This document shows, piece by piece, positions 1-12,300 of a DNA stretch of 43,269 nucleotides. The stretch comes from Nemertoderma westbladi. Lineage: Eukaryota > Animalia > Xenacoelomorpha. Position 1 is the first letter of the stretch, and every line of letters begins with the position of its first letter. A model generated the notes under the pieces. The model had not been told where the DNA came from. It made no database searches and saw nothing but the letters and a program-made list of their open reading frames with translations. A program made the translations under genes and the position numbers. Location: NCBI GenBank assembly GCA_032718475.1, contig JAUCBJ010007653.1:1-43269 (forward strand), written 5' to 3'.

Positions 1-446
1 TAAATTGACCTTAGTTTAATGCAATGTACGAATGTTTAAGAATAGTGTTTTTGCTTCAGGTGTACGAAATGAAACGCAATGTACCTGGTAGTGTGGGGTA
101 GATAGATAACTTGATAGATTTATTTATACATTATGTAAAAATCAATAACAAATACACCAAACAATGTACAGGTATTGTCCAACATAACATATAGGATTAC
201 CTATAAAGCTTTTCAGATTTTCAAGGGGGTCCTTTTTGTTACTTGGTTGAGACAAGGGGGGGAACTGGACGCAAATCCCATCTTGGCGAATTTATATCCC
301 GCCTCAATGTTAAATTTTCAATTTAGGGAAAGATAACACAATATAACAGGTTACAGTTTTATTTTTGAGAGTAATCAGCTGTTATTTGCGTCCAATTTCG
401 CCTGGAGAGGGATTAATTTTTATTGTATCCAGTTCCCTCAAGACCT

Positions 447-621
447 GTACAAAACACATGTGTTAATTTTCGTTTATTGTTTTGGTTCCCCCAACACGCC
501 TCTGTAACCTGCTCCCTTACTAACCTGCTCCTTTAAATGGCAATGAGACCTAACGCTCTTTGGGACCTAACGCGACTTTACCTCTTTGTTTTGTACATCT
601 TGGGTCTTTCGTGCTCACCCC
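447..621. mobile_element. Partial copy of a MITE-like dispersed repeat (same family as 34215-34459 and 39764-40008)
   Basis: Shares ACATGTGTTAA-TTTCGTTTATTGTTTTGGTTCCCCCAAC...CTAACCTGCTC...GACCTAACGCTCTTTGGGACCTAAC...CTCACCCCT with the two downstream copies. Confidence 0.75.
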
Positions 622-734
622 TAGGACCTGTTCCTTTTTAATCTTATTTTTGTATAAGTTTTATTCATTATTTTAACCATATATTGTCGCCTCATGCAAA
701 AAATTTAATAATACAAATAATAATAATAATACCA

Positions 735-1375
735 TAAGTTCAAACTCTCCCGCTAGAGGGCTACATGTGTAAGCATTAATGTTTTTCCATTTCTTTGCTT
801 TTAATCCGCACATGCTGAAACTAGGCCAATTTGCACTACAACATTGGCTGTGTGTTTCGATGGGGGCTAACCCGGCTAACGCTAGAGGGCGAAATGTCTG
901 AAATAGAAATCCTTGACCCATTCCGTTATTTCTGATCCGTTCAAGCTGAAACTTGTCAGAACTTGTGCTAGAACACACCTTGTGTTTTTGTGCGGTCGAT
1001 AATCGGTCTGCAGTTCTCCAGTATGCCGCTAGAGACCGAAATGTTTAAAAGAGAAAACGTTCTCCCATTTCTGTTATTTTATTTTGTTTAAGCTGAATCG
1101 TGGCATATATGTACTATAGGCCTACCAGATGGTGCGTCTTTTTGGTTGGTTTTTCTTTTGTGGTTGGTTCTTTTTTGGTTGGTCCACAGTTCTCTAATCC
1201 GCCGCTGGAGGGCGAAATGTTAAGTGAAAACCTTACATCGTTTCCTTATTTTAATCCGTTTCATCTGAAACTTGGCAGACATGGTATAGACTGTATACCA
1301 TCCATAGGATACGTCTTTGTTGGGTCGGTAATCCCTCGGCAGTTCTACAGTCTACCGCTAGTGGGTTGAAATGAA
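735..1375 (+). repeat. Diverged ~130-175-bp tandem repeat (about 4.5 units), each unit with a CCGCTAGAGGGCG-like motif
   Basis: Recurring blocks CAGTTCT..CCGCT(A/G)GAGGGCGAAATGT and ATCCGTT..CTGAAACTTG. Core motifs at about 750, 879, 1026, 1202 and 1355. Confidence 0.7.
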
Positions 1376-1384
1376 AACATTCAA

Positions 1385-1752
1385 AAATGGATACCATCTG
1401 GAAATAAGATCTCTCCAGTCACCTGAAGACTAAGTTCTTTCGAGCCACAGTGGAAGTGTATTTTTATACGGGGGTGAGACCTGGACACTGACGAAATCAC
1501 TTGAACAACGAATTTATGGTTGCTACGCAAGACTACTAAGGGCAGCCCTAAACATCAGCTGGAGACAACACATGACAAACGCCGAGATTTATGGTACAAT
1601 ATCACCTGTATCAACCACACTCCATGAACGCAGATTAAGATTCAGTGGGCAGTGCAGTGCTGGAGAAGTAAAGAAAAGGTTATATCAGATCTACGTTTCT
1701 GGCAACCAACATATGGAAAGCGTAGCCGTGTACGATCGGCTATGATATATAT
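1385..1752 (+). pseudogene. Degenerate 3' end of an RTE-clade LINE ORF (post-RT region)
   Basis: Manual translation across frameshifts and stops gives KMDTIWK*...KTKFFRATVE...ETWTLTKSLEQRIYGCYARLLRAALNISWRQHMTNAEIYG...ERRLRFSGQC..WRSKE...WQPTYGKRSR. This parallels the C-terminus of the LINE at 32254-32838. Confidence 0.8.
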
Positions 1753-2088
1753 ATGTAATATTATGGTTTTGTTCAGATAGAGAAACTACTGAGTAAGAGC
1801 CAAAACGGATTTCGACCAAGTAGATCAACAATAGGTCAGACTATCGCACCTAATCCACTTCTATTGAACAGACAGTCTTAAGTTACATATCCTATCGTGA
1901 ATGTCAATGTCAGGGACAAGTGGCTGAACTGGTTAGCGCTACTGATGAGGCCTGTTAGGCTGAAACGTACGTCTGGCGCTGGTTCAACCCCCGGTGACGC
2001 GCTGTCTCATTTTTTCCATTTCTGAACAAAACCATAATATTACATCCTTAATTACAGTTGCATCAACAGCTCAACTCCAATTTATTTA
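1753..2088 (+). mobile_element. Penelope-like element (pLTR) remnant inserted into the LINE tail
   Basis: Flanked by direct repeat TATGATATATAT (1741-1752 and 2089-2100). Has a 25-bp inverted repeat (1753-1777 vs 2021-2045) and a minimal hammerhead ribozyme. Confidence 0.65.
1935..1980 (+). ncRNA. Type I minimal hammerhead ribozyme
   Basis: AGCGCTA-CTGATGA-GGCCT(GTT)AGGCT-GAAAC-GTAC-GTC-TGGCGCT. Intact core, 7-bp stem I, 5-bp stem II, palindromic stem III (ACGTACGT), GUC cleavage triplet at 1971-1973. Confidence 0.9.
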
Positions 2089-2346
2089 TATGATATATAT
2101 AGACTATAATTACTGTAGACTGTAATGATTACTAGCTGGCGGTGCTTGCCCACCGCGAAAGAAGCTCTCTAGCTTCAGACGACTGATAAACTGTCCACCT
2201 CTTGGTTCAAGTTATTGGAGTTATCTCTATGGAGTTAGTTCTGGGAGGATCGCGCTGGAAATAAGTTGTCAGACTTTGTGTGTAATCCCTAGCATAACGA
2301 TCTAAGAAAACTTTACTTTACTTAACTTTACTTACAGAAAATTCAC

Positions 2347-2532
2347 TTGGTAAATAAACACTGCCTACGGGTTAACTTTGATAAGTAATAAACATTGCCT
2401 ACGGGTTAACTTTGGTAAGTAAACATGGCCTACGGGTTAACTTTGGTAAGTAAACATTGCATACGGGTTAACTTTGGTAAGTAAACATTGCCTACGGGTT
2501 AACTTTGATAAGTAAATTGCCTACGGGTTAAC
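2347..2532. repeat. 31-bp minisatellite, about 6 copies (TTTGGTAAGTAAACATTGCCTACGGGTTAAC)
   Basis: Tandem copies read directly. Preceded by an (ACTTT)n-like microsatellite at about 2309-2334. Confidence 0.9.
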
Positions 2533-2864
2533 ATTTCAAACGACATTACTAGCGGTGATCGAATTGTTATTTGAAAATAATAGTAATACATTATATTTAA
2601 AAATCAAAAATGAGACCGGTTTGTTTTATACCAGTTTCTTATACAGAGTTATACTAAAGTAAACACTACACCGAGCAATCCCTGCAATGCATTAAATATT
2701 ATTGATTAATTTTAAATAATTATTGCAATCTAATGCCAGACTGTGGTAGGGTTGGAGCCACTGCTGGGCCTAGCTTTACCGATGTTGTTCTAATGTACTG
2801 CTGTTACCAGCGAGCGTAATAGTACCAATCCGTTAATAATTGGTTTGAATCGATAATGAAATGA

Positions 2865-3150
2865 TTGGAGTTGAGCTGTTAATTTAACTATATTAAATGT
2901 TATTATGATATGACTTTGTTCAGAAATAGAAAAAAGTAGGAAGCACGTCACCGGGGGTTGAACCAGCGCTATCTAAGACTGTCTGTTAAATATAAGTGGA
3001 TTAGATGGGAGAGGAAGGGTCAGGGGGGAGTGACTAAACTGGTAGTACTACTGACGATGTCAGATAGGCCGAAACGCGTGTATGGCGCTAGTTCAACCCC
3101 GGGTAATGTGCTTCATTAATTTTCCATTTCTGAAAAAATCGTATTATAAT
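2865..3150. mobile_element. Second, more diverged Penelope-like remnant with inverted-then-direct arrangement
   Basis: 2865-2972 is the reverse complement of about 1973-2080. 2973-3010 is the reverse complement of about 1845-1882. 3019-3135 is a direct homologue of 1908-2025 including the hammerhead. Confidence 0.65.
3043..3090 (+). ncRNA. Degenerate type I hammerhead ribozyme
   Basis: TAGTACTA-CTGACGA-TGTCAGATAGGCC-GAAAC-GCGT-GTA-TGGCGCTA. Core boxes are retained but stems I and II have mismatches. Confidence 0.6.
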
Positions 3151-3376
3151 ATCATAAATCGATAATGAATCTAAGAAGTGTTCCTGTATTGTGGTGGGCA
3201 ACTGTATGGGGGAGGTGTACGTTTATCGTGTTTGTAGATTCTTTATATTAAATAAAACTATTTTAAGCTATGTTTGTCGCGAATCAGACGCTAAAAAGCA
3301 CACAGATCTTATTTTTGGCTTTATTTATTATAATAAATATTATGCTGCATTCGATGGGTACATTTCCTATATCATA

Positions 3377-6300
3377 CTTTCACGCATAGTGTAACGTAAG
3401 TAGAGAATCGATATTACTTCACCCGTAGTGTAACGCAAGTAGAGAATCGACATTACTTCACCCGTAGTGTAACGTAAGTAGAGAATCGACATTACTTCAC
3501 CCGTAGTGTAACGTAAGTATAGAATCGACATTACTTCACCCGTAGTGTAACGTAAGTAGAGAATCGACATTACTTCACCCTTAGTGTAACGTAAGTAGAG
3601 AATCGACATTACTTCACCCGTAGTGTAACATATGTAGAGAATCGACATTACTTCACCCGTAGTGTAACGTAAGTATAGATAATCGACATTATTTCACCCG
3701 TAGTGTAACGTAAGTATAGATAATCGACATTATTTCACCCGTAGTGTAACGTAAGTAGAGAATCGACATTACTTCACCCGTAGTGTAACGTAAGTATAGA
3801 GAATCGACATTACTTCACCCGTAGTGTAACATAAGTAGAGAATCGACATTAATTCACCCGTATTGTAACGTAAGAAGAGAATCGACATTATTTCACCCTT
3901 ATTGTAACGTAAGTAGAGAATCGACATTACTTCACCCGTAGTGTAACGTAAGTAGATAATCGACATTATTTCACCCGTAGTGTAACGTAAGAAGAAAATC
4001 GACATTATTTCACCCTTATTGTAACGTAAGTAGAGAATCGACATTACTTCACCCGTAGTGTAACGTAAGTAGAGAATCGACATTACTTCACCCGTAGTGT
4101 AACGTAAGTAGAGAATCGACATTACTTTACCCGTAGTGTAACGTATGAAGAGAATAGACATTACGTCACCCGTAGTGTAACGTAAGTAGAGAATCGACAT
4201 TACTTCACCCGTAGTGTAACGTAAGTAGAGAATCGACATTACTTCACCCGTAGTGTAACGTAAGTAGAGAATCGACATTACTTCACCCGTAGTGTAACGT
4301 ATGAAGAGAATAGACATTACGTCACCCGTAGTGTAACGAGAGTAGAGAATCGACATTACTTCACCCGTAGTGTAACATAAGTAGAGAATCGACATTACTT
4401 CACCAGTAGTGTAACGTAAGTAGATAATCGACATTACTTCACCCGTAGTGTAACATAAGTAGAGAATCGACATTACTTCACCCGTAGTGTAACGTAAGTA
4501 GAGAATCGACATTACTTCACCCGTAGTGTAACGTAAGTAGAGAATCGACATTACTTTACCCGTAGTGTAACGTATGAAGAGAATAGACATTACGTCACCC
4601 GTAGTGTAACGTAAGTAGAGAATCGACATTACTTCACCCGTAGTGTAACGTAAGTAGAGAATCGACATTACTTCACCCGTAGTGTAACGTAAGTAGAGAA
4701 TCGACATTACTTTACCCGTAGTGTAACGTATGAAGAGAATAGACATTACGTCACCCGTAGTGTAACGTAAGTAGATAATCGACATTATTTCACCCGTAGT
4801 GTAACGTAAGAAGAAAATCGACATTATTTCACCCTTATTGTAACGTAAGTAGAGAATCGACATTACTTCACCCGTAGTGTAACGTAAGTAGAGAATCGAC
4901 ATTACTTCACCCGTAGTGTAACGTAAGTAGAGAATCGACATTACTTTACCCGTAGTGTAACGTATGAAGAGAATAGACATTACGTCACCCGTAGTGTAAC
5001 GTAAGTAGAGAATCGACATTACTTCACCCGTAGTGTAACGTAAGTAGAGAATCGACATTACTTTACCCGTAGTGTAACGTAAGTAGAGAATCGATATTAC
5101 TTCACCCGTAGTGTAACGTATGAAGAGAATAGACATTACGTCACCCGTAGTGTAACGAGAGTAGAGAATCGACATTACTTCACCCGTAGTGTAACGTAAG
5201 TAGAGAATCGACATTACTTCACCCGTAGTGTAACGTAAGTAGAGAATCGACATTACTTCACCCGTAGTGTAACGTAAGTAGAGAATCGACATTACTTCAC
5301 CCGTAGTGTAACATAAGTAGAGAATCGACATTACTTCACCCGTAGTGTAACGTATGAAGAGAATAGACATTACTTCACCCGTAGTGTAACGTAAGTAGAG
5401 AATCGACATTACTTCACCCGTAGTGTAACATAAGTAGAGAATCGACATTACTTCACCCGTAGTGTAACGTAAGTAGAGAATCGACATTACTTCACCCGTA
5501 TTGTAACGTAAGTAGAGAATCGACATTACTTCACCCGTAGTGTAACGTAAGTAGAGAATCGACATTACTTCACCCGTAGTGTAACGTAAGTAGAGAATCG
5601 ACATTACTTCACCCGTAGTGTAACATAAGTAGAGAATCGACATTACTTCACCCGTATTGTAACGTAAGTAGAGAATCGACATTACTTCACCCGTAGTGTA
5701 ACATAAGTAGAGAATCGACATTACTTCACCCGTAGTGTAACGTAAGTAGAGAATCGACATTACTTCACCCGTATTGTAACGTAAGTAGAGAATCGACATT
5801 ACTTCACCCATAGTGTAACGTAAGTAGAGAATCGACATTACTTCACCCGTATTGTAACGTAAGTAGAGAATCGACATTACTTCACCCATAGTGTAACGTA
5901 AGTAGAGAATCGACATTACTTCACCCGTATTGTAACGTAAGTAGAGAATCGACATTACTTCACCCATAGTGTAACGTAAGTAGAGAATCGACATTACTTC
6001 ACCCGTAGTGTAACGTAAGTAGAAAATCGACATTACTTCACCCGTAGTGTAACATAAGTAGAGAATCGACATTACTTCACCCGTAGTGTAACGTAAGTAG
6101 AGAATCGACATTACTTCACCCGTAGTGTAACGTAAGTAGAGAATCGACATTACTTCACCCATAGTGTAACGTAAGTAGAGAATCGACATTACTTCACCCG
6201 TAGTGTAACGTAAGTAGAAAATCGACATTACTTCACCCGTAGTGTAACGTAAGTAGAGAATCGACATTACTTCACCCGTAGTGTAACGTAAGTAGAGAAT

Positions 6301-9300
6301 CGACATTACTTCACCCGTAGTGTAACGTAAGTAGAGAATCGACATTACTTCACCCGTAGTGTAACGTAAGTAGAGAATCGACATTACTTCACCCGTAGTG
6401 TAACGTAAGTAGAGAATCGACATTACTTCACCCGTAGTGTAACGTAAGTAGAGAATCGACATTACTTCACCCGTAGTGTAACGTAAGTAGAGAATCGACA
6501 TTACTTCACTCGTAGTGTAACGTAAGTAGAGAATCGACATTACTTCACCCGTATTGTAACGTAAGTAGAGAATCGACATTACTTCACCCATAGTGTAACG
6601 TAAGTAGAGAATCGACATTACTTCACCCGTAGTGTAACGTAAGTAGAAAATCGACATTACTTCACCCGTAGTGTAACATAAGTAGAGAATCGACATTACT
6701 TCACCCGTAGTGTAACGTAAGTAGAGAATCGACATTACTTCACCCGTAGTGTAACGTAAGTAGAGAATCGACATTACTTCACCCATAGTGTAACGTAAGT
6801 AGAGAATCGACATTACTTCACCCGTAGTGTAACGTAAGTAGAAAATCGACATTACTTCACCCGTAGTGTAACGTAAGTAGAGAATCGACATTACTTCACC
6901 CGTAGTGTAACGTAAGTAGAGAATCGACATTACTTCACCCGTAGTGTAACGTAAGTAGAGAATCGACATTACTTCACCCGTAGTGTAACGTAAGTAGAGA
7001 ATCGACATTACTTCACCCGTAGTGTAACGTAAGTAGAGAATCGACATTACTTCACCCGTAGTGTAACGTAAGTAGAGAATCGACATTACTTCACCCGTAG
7101 TGTAACGTAAGTAGAGAATCGACATTACTTCACCCGTAGTGTAACGTAAGTAGAGAATCGACATTACTTCACCCGTAGTGTAACGTAAGTAGAGAATCGA
7201 CATTACTTCACCCGTAGTGTAACGTAAGTAGAGAATCGACATTACTTCACCCGTAGTGTAACGTAAGTAGAAAATCGACATTACATCACCCGTAGTGTAA
7301 CGTAAGTAGAGAATCGACATTACTTCACCCGTAGTGTAACGTATGAAGAGAATAGACATTACTTCACCCGTATTGTAACGTAAGTAGAGAATCGACATTA
7401 CTTCACCCGTAGTGTAACGTAAGCAGAGAATCGACATTACTTCACCCGCAGTGTAACGTAAGTAGAGAATCGACATTACTTCACCCGTAGTGTAACGTAA
7501 GTAGAGAATCGACATTACTTCACCCGTAGTGTAACGTAAGTAGAGAATCGACATTACTTCACCCGTAGTGTAACGTATGAAGAGAATAGACATTACTTCA
7601 CCCGTATTGTAACGTAAGTAGAGAATCGACATTACTTCACCCGTAGTGTAACGTAAGTAGAGAATCGACATTACTTCACCCGTAGTGTAACGTAAGTAGA
7701 GAATCGACATTACTTCACCCGTAGTGTAACGTAAGTAGAGAATCGACATTACTTCACCCGTAGTGTAACGTAAGTAGAGAATCGACATTACTTTACCCGT
7801 AGTGTAACGTATGAAGAGAATAGACATTACGTCACCCGTAGTGTAACGTAAGTAGAGAATCGACATTACTTCACCCGTAGTGTAACGTAAGTAGAGAATC
7901 GACATTACTTTACCCGTAGTGTAACGTAAGTAGAGAATCGATATTACTTCACCCGTAGTGTAACGTATGAAGAGAATAGACATTACGTCACCCGTAGTGT
8001 AACGAGAGTAGAGAATCGACATTACTTCACCCGTAGTGTAACGTAAGTAGAGAATCGACATTACTTCACCCGTATTGTAACGTAAGTATAGATAATCGAC
8101 ATTACTTCACCCGTATTGTAACGTAAGTAGAGAATCGACATTACTTCACCCGTAGTGTAACGTAAGTAGAGAATCGACATTACTTCACCCGTAGTGTAAC
8201 GTAAGTAGAGAATCGACATTACTTCACCCGTAGTGTAACGTAAGTAGAGAATCGACATTACTTCACCCGTAGTGTAACGTAAGTAGAGAATCGACATTAC
8301 TTCACCCTATTGTAACGTAAGTATAGATAATCGACATTACTTCACCCGTATTGTAACGTAAGTATAGATAATCGACATTACTTCACCCGTAGTGTAACGT
8401 AAGTAGAGAATCGACATTACTTCACCCGTAGTGTAACGTAAGTAGAGAATCGACATTACTTCACCCTATTGTAACGTAAGTATAGATAATCGACATTACT
8501 TCACCCGTATTGTAACGTAAGTATAGAGAATCGACATTACTTCACCCGTAGTGTAACGTAAGTAGAGAATCGACATTACTTCACCCGTAGTGTAACGTAA
8601 GTAGAGAATCGACATTACTTCACCCTATTGTAACGTAAGTATAGATAATCGACATTACTTCACCCGTATTGTAACGTAAGTATAGATAATCGACATTACT
8701 TCACCCGTATTGTAACGTAAGTAGAGAATCGACATTACTTCACCCGTAGTGTAACGTAAGTAGAGAATCGACATTACTTCATCTGTAGTGTAACGTAAGT
8801 AGAGAATCGACATTACTTCACCCATAGTGTAACGTAAGTAGAAAATCGACATTACTTCACCCGTAGTGTAACGTAAGTAGAGAATCGACATTACTTCACC
8901 CGTAGTGTAACAATAGTAGAGAATCGACATTACTTCACCCGTAGTGTAACGTAAGTAGAGAATCGACATTACTTCACCCGTAGTGTAACGTAAGTAGAGA
9001 ATCGACATTACTTCACCCGTAGTGTAACGTAAGTAGAGAATCGACATTACTTCACCCGTAGTGTAACATAAGTAGAGAATCGACATTACTTCACCCGTAG
9101 TGTAACGTAAGTAGAGAATCGACATTACTTCACCCGTAGTGTAACATAAGTAGAGAATCGACATTACTTCACCCGTAGTGTAACGTAAGTAGAGAATCGA
9201 CATTACTTCACCCGTAGTGTAACGTAAGTAGAGAATCGACATTACTTCACCCGTATTGTAACGTAAGTAGAGAATCGACATTACTTCACCCGTAGTGTAA

Positions 9301-12300
9301 CATAAGTAGAGAATCGACATTACTTCACCCGTAGTGTAACGTAAGTAGAGAATCGACATTACTTCACCCGTATTGTAACGTAAGTAGAGAATCGACATTA
9401 CTTCACCCATAGTGTAACGTAAGTAGAGAATCGACATTACTTCACCCGTAGTGTAACGTAAGTAGAAAATCGACATTACTTCACCCGTAGTGTAACATAA
9501 GTAGAGAATCGACATTACTTCACCCGTAGTGTAACGTAAGTAGAGAATCGACATTACTTCACCCGTAGTGTAACGTAAGTAGAGAATCGACATTACTTCA
9601 CCCATAGTGTAACGTAAGTAGAGAATCGACATTACTTCACCCGTAGTGTAACGTAAGTAGAAAATCGACATTACTTCACCCGTAGTGTAACGTAAGTAGA
9701 GAATCGACATTACTTCACCCGTAGTGTAACGTAAGTAGAGAATCGACATTACTTCACCCGTAGTGTAACGTAAGTAGAGAATCGACATTACTTCACCCGT
9801 AGTGTAACGTAAGTAGAGAATCGACATTACTTCACCCGTAGTGTAACGTAAGTAGAGAATCGACATTACTTCACCCGTAGTGTAACGTAAGTAGAGAATC
9901 GACATTACTTCACCCGTAGTGTAACGTAAGTAGAGAATCGACATTACTTCACCCGTAGTGTAACGTAAGTAGAGAATCGACATTACTTCACCCGTATTGT
10001 AACGTAAGTAGAGAATCGACATTACTTCACCCATAGTGTAACGTAAGTAGAGAATCGACATTACTTCACCCGTAGTGTAACGTAAGTAGAAAATCGACAT
10101 TACTTCACCCGTAGTGTAACATAAGTAGAGAATCGACATTACTTCACCCGTAGTGTAACGTAAGTAGAGAATCGACATTACTTCACCCGTAGTGTAACGT
10201 AAGTAGAGAATCGACATTACTTCACCCATAGTGTAACGTAAGTAGAGAATCGACATTACTTCACCCGTAGTGTAACGTAAGTAGAAAATCGACATTACTT
10301 CACCCGTAGTGTAACGTAAGTAGAGAATCGACATTACTTCACCCGTTGTGTAACGTAAGTAGAGAATCGACATTACTTCACCCGTAGTGTAACGTAAGTA
10401 GAGAATCGACATTACTTCACCCGTAGTGTAACGTAAGTAGAGAATCGACATTACTTCACCCGTAGTGTAACGTAAGTAGAGAATCGACATTACTTCACCC
10501 GTAGTGTAACGTAAGTAGAGAATCGACATTACTTCACCCGTAGTGTAACGTAAGTAGAGAATCGACATTACTTCACCCGTAGTGTAACGTAAGTAGAGAA
10601 TCGACATTACTTCACCCGTAGTGTAACGTAAGTAGAGAATCGACATTACTTCACCCGTAGTGTAACGTAAGTAGAGAATCGACATTACTTCACCCGTAGT
10701 GTAACGTAAGTAGAAAATCGACATTACTTCACCCGTAGTGTAACGTAAGTAGAGAATCGACATTACTTCACCCGTAGTGTAACGTATGAAGAGAATAGAC
10801 ATTACTTCACCCGTATTGTAACGTAAGTAGAGAATCGACATTACTTCACCCGTAGTGTAACGTAAGCAGAGAATCGACATTACTTCACCCGTAGTGTAAC
10901 GTAAGTAGAGAATCGACATTACTTCACCCGTAGTGTAACGTAAGTAGAGAATCGACATTACTTCACCCGTAGTGTAACGTAAGTAGAGAATCGACATTAC
11001 TTCACCCGTAGTGTAACGTATGAAGAGAATCGACATTACTTCACCCGTATTGTAACGTAAGTAGAAAATCGACATTACTTCACCCGTAGTGTAACGTAAG
11101 CAGAGAATCGACATTACTTCACCCGTAGTGTAACGTAAGTAGAGAATCGACATTACTTCACCCGTAGTGTAACGTAAGTAGAGAATCGACATTACTTCAC
11201 CCGTAGTGTAACGTAAGTAGAGAATCGACATTACTTCACCCGTAGTGTAACGTAAGTAGAGAATCGACATTACTTCACCCGTAGTGTAACGTAAGTAGAG
11301 AATCGACATTACTTCACCCGTAGTGTAACGTAAGTAGAGAATCGACATTACTTCACCCGTAGTGTAACGTAAGTAGAGAATCGACATTACTTCACCCGTA
11401 GTGTAACGTAAGTAGAGAATCGACATTACTTCACCCGTAGTGTAACGTATGAAGAGAATAGACATTACTTCACCCGTATTGTAACGTAAGTAGAGAATCG
11501 ACATTACTTCACCCATAGTGTAACGTAAGTAGAGAATCGACATTACTTCACCCGTAGTGTAACGTAAGTAGAAAATCGACATTACTTCACCCGTAGTGTA
11601 ACGTAAGTAGAGAATCGACATTACTTCACCCGTAGTGTAACGTAAGTAGAGAATCGACATTACTTCACCCGTAGTGTAACGTAAGTAGAGAATCGACATT
11701 ACTTCACCCATAGTGTAACGTAAGTAGAGAATCGACATTACTTCACCCGTAGTGTAACGTAAGCAGAGAATCGACATTACTTCACCCGTAGTGTAACGTA
11801 AGTAGAGAATCGACATTACTTCACCCGTAGTGTAACGTAAGTAGAAAATCGACATTACTTCACCCGTAGTGTAACGTAAGTAGAAAATCGACATTACTTC
11901 ACCCGTAGTGTAACGTAAGTAGAGAATCGACATTACTTCACCCGTAGTGTAACGTAAGTAGAGAATCGACATTACTTCACCCATAGTGTAACGTAAGTAG
12001 AGAATCGACATTACTTCACCCGTAGTGTAACGTAAGTAGAAAATCGACATTACTTCACCCGTAGTGTAACGTAAGTAGAGAATCGACATTACTTCACCCG
12101 TTAGTGTAACGTAAGTAGAGAATCGACATTACTTCACCCGTAGTGTAACGTAAGTAGAGAATCGACATTACTTCACCCGTAGTGTAACGTAAGTAGAGAA
12201 TCGACATTACTTCACCCGTAGTGTAACGTAAGTAGAGAATCGACATTACTTCACCCGTAGTGTAACGTAAGTAGAGAATCGACATTACTTCACCCGTAGT

